Shown: positions 14,101 through 26,483 of the stretch, one piece after another
How the letters are laid out: the number at the start of each line of letters is the position of its first letter
How positions within the stretch are numbered: position 1 is the first letter of the stretch
DNA from: Cetorhinus maximus
Lineage: Eukaryota
DNA length: 64,000 nt
Assembly (NCBI RefSeq): GCF_964194155.1
Contig: NC_135909.1
Span: 2,356,001-2,420,000, forward strand
Direction: 5' to 3'
The notes under the pieces: generated by a model
What the model was told of the DNA's origin: nothing
The model's database searches: none
The model's input: only the letters and a program-made list of their open reading frames with translations
Translations under genes and position numbers: made by a program

Positions 14101-16136
14101 TCTGTACAGTTACACAGTGAGTGACCCTTACCCTGAATAAACAGTGACTCTGTACAGTTACACAGTGAGTGACCCTTACCCTGAATAAACAGTGACTCTG
14201 TACAGTTACACAGTGAGTGATCCTTACCCTGCTGAATAAACAGTGACTCTGTACAGTTACACAGTGACAATCCTTACCCTGCTGAACAAACAGTGACTCT
14301 GTACAGTTACACAGTGACAATCCTTACCCTGCTGAATAAACAGTGACTCTGTACAGTTACACAGTGACAATCCTTACCCTGCTGAATAAACAGTGACTCT
14401 GTACAGTTACACAGTGAGTGACCCTTACCCTGAATAAACAGTGACTCTGTACAGTTACACAGTGAGTGATCCTTACCCTGCTGAATAAACAGTGACTCTG
14501 TACAGTTACACAGTGACAATCCTTACCCTGCTGAACAAACAGTGACTCTGTACAGTTACACAGTGACAATCCTTACCCTGCTGAATAAACAGTGACTCTG
14601 TACAGTTACACAGTGACAATCCTTACCCTGCTGAATAAACAGTGACTCTGTACAGTTACACAGTGAGTGACCCTTACCCTGAATAAACAGTGACTCTGTA
14701 CAGTTACACAGTGAGTGACCCTTACCCTGCTGAATGAACAGTGACTCTGTACAGTTACACAGTGAGTGATCCTTACCCTGAATAAACAGTGACTCTGTAC
14801 AGTTACACAGTGAGTGATCCTTACCCTGCTGAATAAACAGTGACTCTGTACAGTTACACAGTGAGTGATCCTTACCCTGCTGAATAAACAGTGACTCTGT
14901 ACAGTTACACAGTGAGTGACCCTTACCCTGAATAAACAGTGACTCTGTACAGTTACACAGTGAGTGACCCTTACCCTGCTGAATAAACAGTGACTCTGTA
15001 CAGTTACACAGTGAGTGATCCTTACCCTGAATAAACAGTGACTCTGTACAGTTATACAGTGAGTGATCCTTACCCTGCTGAATAAACAGTGACTCTGTAC
15101 AGTTACACAGTGAGTGATCCTTACCCTGCTGAATAAACAGTGACTCTGTACAGTTACACAGTGAGTGATCCTCACCCTGCTGAATAAACAGTGACTCTGC
15201 ACAGTTACACAGTGAGTGACCCTTACCCTGCTGAATAAACAGTGACTCTGTACAGTTACACAGTGAGTGATCCTTACCCTGCTGAATAAACAGTGACTCT
15301 GTACAGTTACACAGTGAGTGACCCTTACCCTGAATAAACAGTGACTCTGTACAGTTACACAGTGAGTGACCCTTACCCTGAATAAACAGTGACTCTGTAC
15401 AGTTACACAGTGAGTGACCCTTACCCTGCTGAATAAACAGTGACTCTGTACAGTTACACAGTGAGTGATCCTTACCCTGAATAAACAGTGACTCTGTACA
15501 GTTACACAGTGAGTGATCCTTACCCTGCTGAATAAACAGTGACTCTGTACAGTTACACAGTGAGTGATCCTTACCCTGCTGAATAAACAGTGACTCTGTA
15601 CAGTTACACAGTGAGTGATCCTCACCCTGCTGAATAAACAGTGACTCTGCACAGTTACACAGTGAGTGACCCTTACCCTGCTGAATAAACAGTGACTCTG
15701 TACAGTTACACAGTGAGTGATCCTTACCCTGCTGAATAAACAGTGACTCTGTACAGTTACACAGTGAGTGACCCTTACCCTGAATAAACAGTGACTCTGT
15801 ACAGTTACACAGTGAGTGACCCTTACCCTGAATAAACAGTGACTCTGTACAGTTACACAGTGAGTGATCCTCACCCTGCTGAATAAACAGTGACTCTGTA
15901 CAGTTACACAGTGAGTGATCCTCACCCTGCTGATTAAACAGTGACTCTGTACAGTTACACAGTGAGTGATCCTTACCCTGAATAAACAGTGACTCTGTAC
16001 AGTTACACAGTGAGTGATCCTCACCCTGCTGATTAAACAGTGACTCTGTACAGTTATACAGTGAGTGATCCTTACCCTGAATAAACAGTGACTCTGTACA
16101 GTTACACAGTGAGTGATCCTTACCCTGCTGAATAAA
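5135..16136. repeat. About 11 kb minisatellite, 48-51 bp unit CTG(CTG)AATAAACAGTGACTCTGTACAGTTACACAGTGAGTGA(C/T)CCTTACC, roughly 220 copies, with higher-order blocks
   Basis: Direct reading; copy number is estimated from length divided by unit size. Confidence 0.98.
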
Positions 16137-16529
16137 ATGTATGATGACGTTATGGTCTCCTCTGCCCACACAGCCCATACTCGGTTGGGGAGGAACCCAC
16201 TTGTGGAATAGGGGATGTTTGACAGAGGTTTACAACAGCTGGTAACGTTAGAACGCACAACTGTTTGCAAACAGGAACAGATGTGTGGCATGGCGGGGGA
16301 GGGGCTGACATTCTCAACCCCTTTCCCCTGGCTGACCCTGCGGCAGCTGGGGCTTTGTTTAACCCTGGAACTGGGGAGTCATTGACTAGAATCGCAGGAT
16401 TCTGCACCATCTGCCTTCACCCCCTGGAACCTGTTTGTTCCTCTCTGTAAGTATGCAAGGGAACGCCACCCACCCCAACTCTCCGGCCCCATTTATCCCA
16501 TTGTGTGAGTGAGACATCCTAGAGGAATG

Positions 16530-18740
16530 ACATGAGTGTGTGTGTGTGCCAGAGAGAGTGTGCGCGCACGCGAAAGAGGGAGGGAGTGAGTGTGTGCGAG
16601 AGAGTGTATGCATTTGCGAGAGAGGGAGCGAGTTTGTGTGAGAGTGCGCGCACGTGAGGAAGTGAGTGTGTGCGCGCATGCAAGGGAGGGAGTAAGTGTG
16701 TGCACACACGCGAGAGAGGGAGGGTGTGAGAGTGTGCGCGGACAAGGGAGGGAGTGAGTGTGTGCGTGCATGCGAGAGAGGGAGTGTGTGTGAGTGTGTG
16801 AGAGTGCACGCGCATGCGAGGGAGGGAGTGAGCGTGTGAGAGAGGAGTGAGTGCGTGTGAGTGCGCACACGCGCGAGAGGGAGTGTGTGTGTGTGTGTGT
16901 GAGTGTGCACACGAGAGAGGGAGTGAGTGTGTGCGAGTGTGCGCGCACGCGAGAGAGGGAGGGAGTGTGTGTGTGAGACAGTGCGCGCACGCGAGAGGAG
17001 GGAATGAGTGTGTGTGAGTGCGCGCACACGAAAGAGGGAGGGAGTGAGTGAGAGAGTGTGCACACGCGAGAGAGGGAGAGTGTGCGCGCACGCGAGAGGG
17101 AGGGTGTGTGTGTGAGCGCACACGACAGGGTGAGTGTGTGCGCGCGCACGCAAGAGTGTGAGTGTGTGTGCACGAGAGAAAGAGGGAGTGAGTGTGTGTG
17201 CACACGAGAGAGAGGGAGTGAGTGTGTGTGCACACAAGAGAGAGAGGGAGTGAGTGTGTGTGCACACGAGAGAGTGAGGTAGTGAGCGTGTGTGCACACG
17301 AGAGAGAGGGAGTGAGTGTGTGTGCACACGAGAGAGAGAGGGAGTGAGTGTGTGTGCACACGAGAGAGGGAGTGAGTGTGTGCACGAGAGAGGTAGTGAG
17401 TGTGTGCACACGAGAGAGAGAGGGAGTGAGTGTGTGCACACGAGAGAGAGAGAGGGAGTGAGTGTGTGCACACGAGAGAGAGGGAGTGAGTGTGTGTGCA
17501 CACGAGAGAGGGAGTGAGTGTGTGCACACGAGAGAGGGAGTGAGTGTGTGTGCACGAGAGAGGTAGTGAGTGTGTGCACACGAGAGAGAGAGAGGGAGTG
17601 AGTGTGTGCACACGAGAGAGAGAGAGGGAGTGAGTGTGTGCACAGGAGAGAGAGAGGGAGTGAGTGTGTGCACAGGAGAGAGAGAGGGAGTGAGTGTGTG
17701 TGCACACGAGAGAGAGAGGGAGTGAGTGTGTGCACACGAGAGAGAGAGGGAGTGAGTGTGTGCACAGGAGAGAGAGAGGGAGTGAGTGTGTGTGCACACG
17801 AGAGAGAGAGAGGGAGTGAGTGTGTGCACACGAGAGAGAGAGAGGGAGTGAGTGTGTGCACACGAGAGAGAGAGGGAGTGAGTGTGTGCACAGGAGAGAG
17901 AGAGGGAGTGAGTGTGTGTGCACACGAGAGAGAGAGGGAGTGAGTGTGTGTGCACGAGAGAGAGAAGGAGTGAGTGTGTGTGCACAGGAGAGAGAGAGGG
18001 AGTGAGTGTGTGTGCACACGAGAGAGGGGGAGTGAGTGAGTATGTGTGTGCACACGAGAGAGAGGGAGTGAGTGTGTGTGCACACGAGAGAGAGGGAGTG
18101 AGTGTGTGTGCACACGAGAGAGGGAGTGAGTGTGTGTGCACACGAGAGAGGGAGTGAGTGTGTGTGCACGAGAGAGGTAGTGAGTGTGTGCACACGAGAG
18201 AGAGAGAGGGAGTGAGTGTGTGCACACGAGAGAGAGAGAGGGAGTGAGTGTGTGCACACGAGAGAGAGAGGGAGTGAGTGTGTGCACAGGAGAGAGAGAG
18301 GGAGTGAGTGTGTGTGCACACGAGAGAGAGAGGGAGTGAGTGTGTGTGCACGAGAGAGAGAAGGAGTGAGTGTGTGTGCACACGAGAGAGAGAGGGAGTG
18401 AGTGTGTGTGCACACGAGAGAGGGGGAGTGAGTGAGTATGTGTGTGCACACGAGAGAGAGGGAGTGAGTGTGTGTGCACGAGAGAGGGAGTGAGTGTGTG
18501 TGCACACGAGAGAGAGAGGGAGTGAGTGTGTGTGCACACGAGAGAGGGAGTGAGTGAGTATGTGTGTGCATGCACGCGAGGGAGGGAGGGAGTGTGTGTG
18601 CACACGAGAGAGAGAGGGAGTGAGTGTGTGTGCACACGAGAGAGAGAGGGAGTAAGTGTGTGTGTGCACTTGCGAGAGAGGGAGTGAGTGAGTGTGTGTG
18701 TGCATGCAAGAGAGGGAGAGTGAGGCGGAGAGTGCGCGCG
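16530..18740. repeat. Compound GA/GT minisatellite (about 30 bp, GGGAGTGAGTGTGTGTGCACACGAGAGAGA)
   Basis: Direct reading; degenerate at both ends and homogeneous in the middle. Confidence 0.95.
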
Positions 18741-18744
18741 CGGT

Positions 18745-18935
18745 GTTTATTCTTTCACAGGATGTGGGCGTCGCTGGCTGGGCCAGCATTTGTTGCCCAT
18801 TCCTAATTGCCCCCTTGAGAAGGTGGGGGTGAGCCGCCATCTTGAACCGCTGCAGTCTCTGTGGTGTAGGTACACCCACAGTGCTGTTAGGGAGGGAGTT
18901 CCAGGATTTTGACCCAGCGACAGTGAAGGAATGGC
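18745..18935 (-). mobile_element. 3' end of the CR1/L2-type LINE family also present at 62420-64000
   Basis: GGATGTGGGCGTCGCTGGCTGGGCCAGCATTT...GAAGGTGGGGGTGAGCCGCC matches 20285 and 62441. Confidence 0.75.
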
Positions 18936-19327
18936 GAGTGTGTGTGTGATCGAGAGAGTGAGTGAGTGTGACAATGCTGCAGTAATGTTTCCTGCACCCT
19001 CAATCAGCAACCGTTGTGGCCCATCTTGCTGCCCTCTATTTTGTGACACACACAATTGTCACTACACAGGGAATCCCAGTCGGCTATTTGACTACGAAGG
19101 GCCTCGCATCGAAGCCCAACCCAAACCCCTTGCAATCCGTGAGTATTTTTGAATACCAGTCAGGATTCCGATAGGAGGGATGAGGGGTGTGGTTTATGTT
19201 ATGGCACTTGTAGGGGGGTGGGGGTGGGGGGAGAGGTCGAGTTATCAGGCCTGTGACCTCTGCCGGGGAGGTTTAGTGACTTGTTGGGCTGATTGCTGGA
19301 ACTCCTGTCTGTTATTCTCCCCGATAG

Positions 19328-19412
19328 ACCGTTCTCCTTCAAGACAAGAAACAGAAAAACTACTGCGTTGCCTGTCAGGAGCTGGATTCTGATGTAGACA
19401 AGGATAATCCAG
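19328..19412 (+). CDS. ZNRD2: ZNRD2 exon 3 (TVLLQDKKQKNYCVACQELDSDVDKDNP)
   Basis: Acceptor ttctccccgatag and donor CCAG|gtaaag; contains the second CxxC of the zinc ribbon; 85 nt keeps the phase. Confidence 0.95.
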
Positions 19413-19459
19413 GTAAAGGATTCTGTCCCTGGCAGTGCCAACTAGCAGCTTGATCCAAC

Positions 19460-19740
19460 TGAGTGGCCTTGCTGGGCTATTTCAGAGGGGGCATTTAAGA
19501 GTCAACCACATTGCTGTGGGGTCTGGAGTCACATGTAGGCCAGACCGGGTAAGGACGGCAGATTTCCTTCCCTAAAGGGGACATTAGTGAACCAGATGGG
19601 GGTTTTTACAACAATCGACTAAAGTCTAATGTGACTTTTAATTCCAGATTTTTATTGGATTCAAATTCCATCATCTGCCGTGGTGGGATTCGAACCCGGG
19701 TCCCCAGAGCATCACCCTGGATCTCTGGAATACTAGTCTG
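19460..19740 (-). mobile_element. tRNA-headed SINE (same family at 32070-32390 and 42125-42490)
   Basis: Shared core GTCTGGAGTCACATGTAGGCCAGACC.GGTAAGGACGGCAGATTTCCTTCCCTAAAGG; reverse B-box GGGATTCGAACCC. Confidence 0.7.
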
Positions 19741-19914
19741 CCCCTGCGGCTGTTGCAGCCAGTGTGTTTTATTCAAAGTCGGCCCCTTGGCCATTGCTGT
19801 GGCTGCCCCACACCGGAACACAACTGCCACAAGGAGCATTTTATTCCCTCAGAAAGTCCGGGGTTCTGCACTCCAGAGACCTGAGCAAAACAAAAAGAAA
19901 AACGATTCAAGCTA

Positions 19915-20255
19915 ACACTGCCAGCGCCAGCACAGAGGGAGTGCTGCACTGCCAGAGGCGCCATCTTTCCAATGAGATTAAAAAAGCTGAGGCCCCTCCC
20001 CCCTCTCTCAGGGGTGAAAGTTAAAGATCCCACAGCCGCTTTTGGGAAGAGTGGAGGGAGAGGGCAGGGAGGCCAATATTTATCCCTCAACCACCCTCGC
20101 AAAAAAAAACCCTAAGGCCTGCTCATTATCCAGTTGCTGTTTGTGGGAGCTTGCTGTGCGCCAATTGGCTGCCGTGTTTCCGACATGGCTCCGCTTCCAA
20201 AGCCCTTCATTGGCTGTGAAGTGCTTTGGAACGTCCTGAGGTTGTGAAAGATGTC
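19915..20255 (+). mobile_element. DeuSINE-like (SacSINE/AmnSINE-type) SINE
   Basis: TGTGGGAGCTTGCTGTGCGCCAATTGGCTGCC...TTGGCTGTGAAGTGCTTTGG..CGTCCTGAGG; similar copies near 23850, 26400, 29150(-), 36220(-), 36350-37165, 54970, 57560, 58420 and 59480. Confidence 0.65.
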
Positions 20256-20279
20256 CAGCTGCAATGTTTTAAAATTAAT

Positions 20280-21425
20280 TTACAGGATGTGGGCGTCGCT
20301 GGCTGGGCCCAGCATTTATTGCCCATCCCTCATTGCCCCTTGAGAAGGTGGGGGTGAGCCGCCTTCTTGAGCCGCTGCAGTCCCTGTGGTGTAGGTACAC
20401 CCACAGCGCTGTTAGGGAGGGGGTTCCAGGATTTTGACCCAGCGACAGTGAAGGAACGGCCGATATATTTCCAAGTCAGGATGGTGAGTGGTTTGGAGGG
20501 GAACTTCCAGGTGGTGGTGTTCCCATGCGTCTGCTACCCTTGTCCTTCTAGATGGTAGCGGTCATGGGATTGGAAGGTGCTGTCAAAGGAGCCTTGTTGA
20601 GGTTTTAAAGTGTATCTTGTAGCTTTGTAGATGGTACACACACTGCTGCTGCTGTGCGTCAGTGGTGGAGGAAGTGAATGTTTGTGGATGGGGTGCCAAT
20701 CAAGCGGGGCTGCTTTGTCCTGGATGGTGTCGAGCTTCTTGTGTTGTGGGAGCTGCACTCATCCAGGCAAGTGGGGAGTATCCCATCACACTCCTGACTT
20801 GTAGATGGTGGACAGGCTTTGGGGAGTCAGGAGGTGAGTTACTCGCTGCAGGATTCCCAGCCTCTGACCTGTTTGAATGGAGCCTTGGTGAGAGCGCCCC
20901 TGGAATATTGAGTACAGTTTTGGTCTCCTTATCTAAGGAAAGATGTACTTGCCATGGAGGGTTCACCAGACTGATTCCTGGGATGGAGAGATTGAGGAGA
21001 CTGGGCCTGTATTCTCTAGAGTTTTGAAGAATGAGAGGTGATCTCATTGAAACTTATAAAATTCTCACAGGGCTCGACAGGGTAGATGCAGGAAGGGAGT
21101 TTCCCCTGGCTGGGGGAGGGGGAAGGGGGCGTCTAGAACCAAGGGACACAGTCTCAGAATAAGGGGGTCGGCCATTTAGGACTGAAATGAGGAGGGATTT
21201 CTTCACTCAGAGGGTTGGCGCATCTTTGGAATTCTCTACCCCGGAGGGCTGTGGAAACTCAGTCACTGAGTATGTTCCAGACAGAGAGCGATAGATTTCT
21301 GGCACTAATGACATGGAGGGATAGTGGAGGGGGGTAAATGGTGCGGAGGTCAACGATCAGCCATGATCCGCTTGAATGGCAGAGCAGGCTCGATGGGCCG
21401 AGTGGCCTATTCCTGCTCCTCTGTC
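20280..21425. mobile_element. Adjacent LINE fragments: CR1/L2-type 3' end (minus, about 20280-20870) and CR1 3' end (plus, about 20870-21425)
   Basis: Similarity to 62420-63050 and to the 3' part of the CR1 at 4100-4650. Confidence 0.7.
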
Positions 21426-21553
21426 CCTGTGAAAGGTCCTGGAGAAATACCTTTTATTGAACTAAGATTTTGTGGGGGGGGGTTGTACTTGTGTACATTT
21501 GAACATTGACATCTTGCATCCCTGACTTAATGTTTCTCTTTTTAATCCCTCAG

Positions 21554-21903
21554 CTTTGAACCCGCAAGCGGCCCTGTCTCAAGTGAGGGAGCGACAGCGC
21601 GTTTTCAACGGCCTTGAGGAGCCCTTCCCCTCCCGCTCCGCTCCGGACACCTCGGCCGAGGGCAGGGCCCCGCCCGCCCCCTGCGCGGGACCCCCTGAGC
21701 CGGCCCCTCCCCGCGCCGAGGGCGACTGCCCGGGCGCCCCGCGGGCCCACGCCCGCCGGGAGGCCGAGCGGGCCGTCCTGCAGAAGCTGGCGTGGGCCAG
21801 CGGCGAGCTGGAGCGGGCCTGCTCCGTGGAGTACAGCTCCCAGCTCTGCGTCTTGATCAGGAACTGCGCCGACTCCTTGCACAGCCTGAAGCGGCTGGCG
21901 TAG
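21554..21903 (+). CDS. ZNRD2: ZNRD2 exon 4, terminal (ALNPQAALSQVRERQ...LQKLAWASGELERACSVEYSSQLCVLIRNCADSLHSLKRLA*)
   Basis: Acceptor tttaatccctcag; matches the SSSCA1 C-terminal helical region; the joined CDS is 603 nt with no internal stop. Confidence 0.95.
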
Positions 21904-22302
21904 TCGCACGCCCAGTGGCCTTCCCGTCTCTCCCCGGCCCCCACCTTGAATCCGCCAGTGCTGTTCCACGCCAGGTCTGCAAGGCGGCCGGGAGGGTTGG
22001 GGTGGGTGGGGTCCCTGTTCTCTGATACACTGGCTCCGTCACACCCTCCCAAGCGATGTGAATGCCCGGCTACGACCTTCTGACCTCCCGCCACATTTAA
22101 TCTTGCCGTATTGGAGACCAATGGGGATTGCCGATGAGGCATCTAGCAGTTAACCGCGTTTATGGAGCTTCAGTCCGCATGGCCTCAAGCCGGGTTGCCA
22201 ACTCAGGCGGAATGTATTCCCGGAGAAAGCATCACTTGAACAACAAACCAACCCAGTCAAAGAGTCCACTTGTTTCTCCCGTCTCCCAATGTTTTTGTAA
22301 CT

Positions 22303-22308
22303 AATAAA
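22303..22308 (+). terminator. Candidate polyadenylation signal of ZNRD2
   Basis: First AATAAA seen after the stop codon, about 400 nt downstream. Confidence 0.5.
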
Positions 22309-22649
22309 CACAACCGTTAAAATTAGATGATAAAACGTAACTATTTCTTCCTCCCCACACCCGCCCCGCCGTGGTTGTTTGTGACGATGTCCGTTTAATT
22401 TCCAATTCCTGGGGCCTTCAGGACGTTCCTTGATGGTTGTCAATCCGAAGGTGGGCCCCTGGGTTGTGACAGAAACTCCTGTCCACAATTGGAAAGAAGC
22501 TTTGAGAGTTTGTCGAGTTATTCTGGGGGGACGGACGTGGGGGGGTGGGAATGAGGAGTCAAAGGTCAATTAGCCACTGGCCTTTGACCTCTGGGTCTTG
22601 AGTTCAACACCTGCCCAGACAAAAGGCATGAAAATCTCTGCTGACTGTG

Positions 22650-23185
22650 TGGAGCTTTACTCTGTATCTAACCCCGTGCTGTACCTGCCCTGGGAGTGTT
22701 TGATGGGGACGGTGTAGAGGGAGCTTTACTCTGTATCTAACCCCGTGCTGTACCTGCCCTGGGAGTGTTTGATGGGGACAGTGTAGAGGGAGCTTTACTC
22801 TGTATCTAACCCCATGCTGTACCTGTCCTGGGAGTGTTTGATGGGGACAGTGTAGAGGGAGCTTTACTCTGTATCTAACCCCGTGCTGTACCTGTCCTGG
22901 GAGTGTTTGATGGGGACAGTATAGAGGGAGATTTACTCTGTATCTAACCCCGTGCTGTACCTGTCCTGGGAGTGTTTGATGGGGACAGTGTAGAGGGAGC
23001 TTTACTCTGTATCTAACCCCATGCTGTACCTGTCCTGGGAGTGTTTGATGGGGACAGTGTAGAGGGAGCTTTACTCTGTATCTAACCCCGTGCTGTACCT
23101 GTCCTGGGAGTGTTTGATGGGGACAGTGTAGAGGGAGCTTTACTCTGTATCTATCTCCGTGCTGTACCTGTCCTGGGAGTGTTCG
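22650..23185 (+). repeat. 69-bp satellite (GGAGCTTTACTCTGTATCTAACCCCGTGCTGTACCTG.CCTGGGAGTGTTTGATGGGGACAGTGTAGAG), about 8 copies
   Basis: Direct reading; an inverted array of the same unit lies at 34720-35335. Confidence 0.95.
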
Positions 23186-24427
23186 ATTGGGCGATGGAAT
23201 GAGTCAGTCCCAGTGACACTGAACAGTTGCAAAGAATAGAGAGAGGCAACTGTACAATGAGTTGGGATACATTTTAAACAGGTTACGTCAAAACACATTG
23301 TCAAGAGGGAGGTGCAAATGTATTCCTAATATTGTGAGGGTTCCCAACTCGAATCTGTATCCCAGATGGACACAACTTTCACTTGGAGGGGACACTCTTT
23401 GATGAATAAATTCTCCACTCGCACACAGGGATGAGTGCCCAGTCCTGGGAGCGACCAGAGGTAGCCCCCTCGTTCCTACACTTCCACCCAACCCCCCCGG
23501 GGATTGTTGCTTCTGTGTTTTTGTTTGTGTGTTAATAAAATATTTGCATTTTCTGCTCTGACCTGGCTGATTTCTTGGAGAATGTGAGGACGCCAGGGAG
23601 GGACACATACATGGCTTTGAGGTGGTGGTGGGGTGGGTGGGGTTGACCTCCAAGCAGGAGCACAGGCTACGATGGAGGGGGTTTGACCTCCAAGCAGGAT
23701 GGGGGAGTGGATCCCCCCCCAGGAAGGGTGCACCAGGGAAGGACGTGAGCCGGAGAGAGACCTCGGGAGGGAAGGAGAGGTTCCGGGGGTGGACCAATTG
23801 CACACCCTGGAGATGAAGGGTTTGAATGTGGTATTAATCCAAGACCTCCAACATCTGCCATCTCTGTGGGATGTAAAAGATGCCCTGTGGCACTTTTCAA
23901 GGGGGTGGGGTTCCTCCCTGGTACTGTCCTGGCCAACATTCACCCCTCAACCCAGCAACACTTCCAAACAGAGACCACCTAACTTATCCATCCCATTGCT
24001 GCTTGTGGGAGCTTGCTGTGCGCCAATTGACGTTACCTGCGCCGCCAAACTTGCATAAGCGGCTGGGAAAACACCTTTTTCCTGGCGGGAAGTTGTTTTT
24101 TTTAAAAGAAGAGAGAGATTTTGATCCTGCACAATATAAAAAAAAGTTACCAGGGAGGAGATTCCCCTTAAAATTGTCTTGCGATGCTCCACATCATCTG
24201 CCTTCCCTGTGAAATCGCTGGAGGGGGTTTCTTCTCTGCACTGGGTGGGTGGCTGGGGGTGGGAGGCTAAGGGAAAAGTTTGGAGGAAGCGGCGTGTGCT
24301 CACGTCCTGACGTGAGTCTTTGGTCAGTCCCAGGGCGTTGGCGGCTGGTAAACAAAGGGAAGGTTTGCAAAGGCAGTCCCTTTAAAACAGGAGCCGGAGA
24401 GGGAGCAGAGTTGCGGGGAGGGGGGTG

Positions 24428-25600
24428 GAGATCTTCTCTGTGCAAGAGAGAGAGAGAGGGGGGGATCTTCTCTGTGCAAGAGAGAGAGAGAGGGGGGGAT
24501 CTTCTCTGTGCAAGAGAGAGAGAGAAGGGGGGATCTTCTCTGTGCAAGAGAGAGAGAGAAGGGGGGATCTTCTCTGTGCAAGAGAGAGAGAGAAGGGGGG
24601 ATCTTCTCTGTGCAAGAGAGAGAGAGAGGAGAGGGGGGATCTTCTCTGTGCAAGAGAGAGAGAGGAGAAGGGGGTATCTTCTCTGTGCAAGAGAGAGAGA
24701 GGGGGGATCTTCTCTCTGCAAGAGAGAGAGGAGAGGGGGGATCTTCTCTCTGCAAGAGAGAGAGGAGAGGGGGGATCTTCTCTGTGCAAGAGAGAGAGAG
24801 GAGAAGGGGGTATCTTCTCTGTGCAAGAGAGAGAGAGGGGGTATCTTCTCTGTGCAAGAGAGAGAGGAGAGGGGGGATCTTCTCTGTGCAAGAGAGAGAG
24901 AGAGGAGAGGGGGGATCTTCTCTGTGCAAGAGAGAGAGAGGAGAAGGGGGTATCTTCTCTGTGCAAGAGAGAGAGAGGGGGGATCTTCTCTGTGCAAGAG
25001 AGAGAGGAGAGGGGGGATCTTCTCTCTGCAAGAGAGAGAGGAGAGGGGGGATCTTCTCTCTGCAAGAGAGAGAGGAGAGGGGGGATCTTCTCTGTGCAAG
25101 AGAGAGAGAGGAGAAGGGGGTATCTTCTCTGTGCAAGAGAGAGAGAGGGGGTATCTTCTCTGTGCAAGAGAGAGAGGAGAGGGGGGATCTTCTCTCTGCA
25201 AGAGAGAGAGGAGAGGGGGGATCTTCTCTGTGCAAGAGAGAGGAGAGGGGGGATCTTCTCTCTGCAAGAGAGAGAGGAGAGGGGGGGATCTTCTCTGTGC
25301 AAGATAGAGAGAGAGGAGAGGGGGGATCTCTGTGCAAGAGAGAGAGGAGAGGGGGGGATCTTCTCTGTGCAAGAGAGAGAGGAGAAGGGGGTATCTTCTC
25401 TGTGCAAGAGAGAGAGGAGAGGGGGGATCTTCTCTGTGCAAGAAAGAGAGAGAGAGAGGGGGGATCTTCTCTGTGCAAGATAGAGAGAGAGAGAGGGGGG
25501 ATCTTCTCTGTGCAAGAGAGAGGAGAGGGGGTTTCTTCTCTGTGCAAGAGAGAGAGAGAGAGAGGGGGGATCTTCTCTGTGCAAGATAGAGAGAGAGGAG
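24428..25600. repeat. About 33-36 bp purine-rich minisatellite (GGGGGGATCTTCTCTGTGCAAGAGAGAGAGGAGA) upstream of FAM89B
   Basis: Direct reading. Confidence 0.95.
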
Positions 25601-25859
25601 TGGGGGGGGTGGGAAAGAGCCCAAGGAAGACCAGACCTTGGAGGAAACGCATTCTATTCAGCAGAGAGTGGAGGGAGGGAAATGAAAACTAGGAGCTGCT
25701 GATAAAGTTCAGACGTGTTTCCCTTCCATTGGGAGCCAGTTCCATGTCCTGATATCGATTGGCAGCACCGTTTGGAGAGAAGCGGGGTCTCGATACAGCT
25801 CAGGAAGAACGGCCGCCTTGAGACATCAGGCAAGAGGAGACAACTGAGCTACAGCCTGA

Positions 25860-26483
<624 letters not shown>

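Noticed and set aside
5135-16136. CRISPR-like appearance of regular repeats
   Set aside because: There are no unique spacers and no cas genes; the context is a eukaryotic intron.
5162-16291. Long minus-strand Cys/His-rich ORFs (SLCNCTESLFIQQGKDH and VTHCVTVQSHCLF repeats) suggesting a metal-binding protein
   Set aside because: These are translations of the satellite. The 50-bp variant units shift frame repeatedly, two frames are equally open, and there is no unique flanking coding sequence.
16386-18879. 700+ aa His/Thr/Ser/Leu ORFs in three frames
   Set aside because: A GA/GT compound repeat that lacks stop codons on one strand.
24194-25692. 350-476 aa ORFs on both strands
   Set aside because: Minisatellite with variable unit length, open in all frames.
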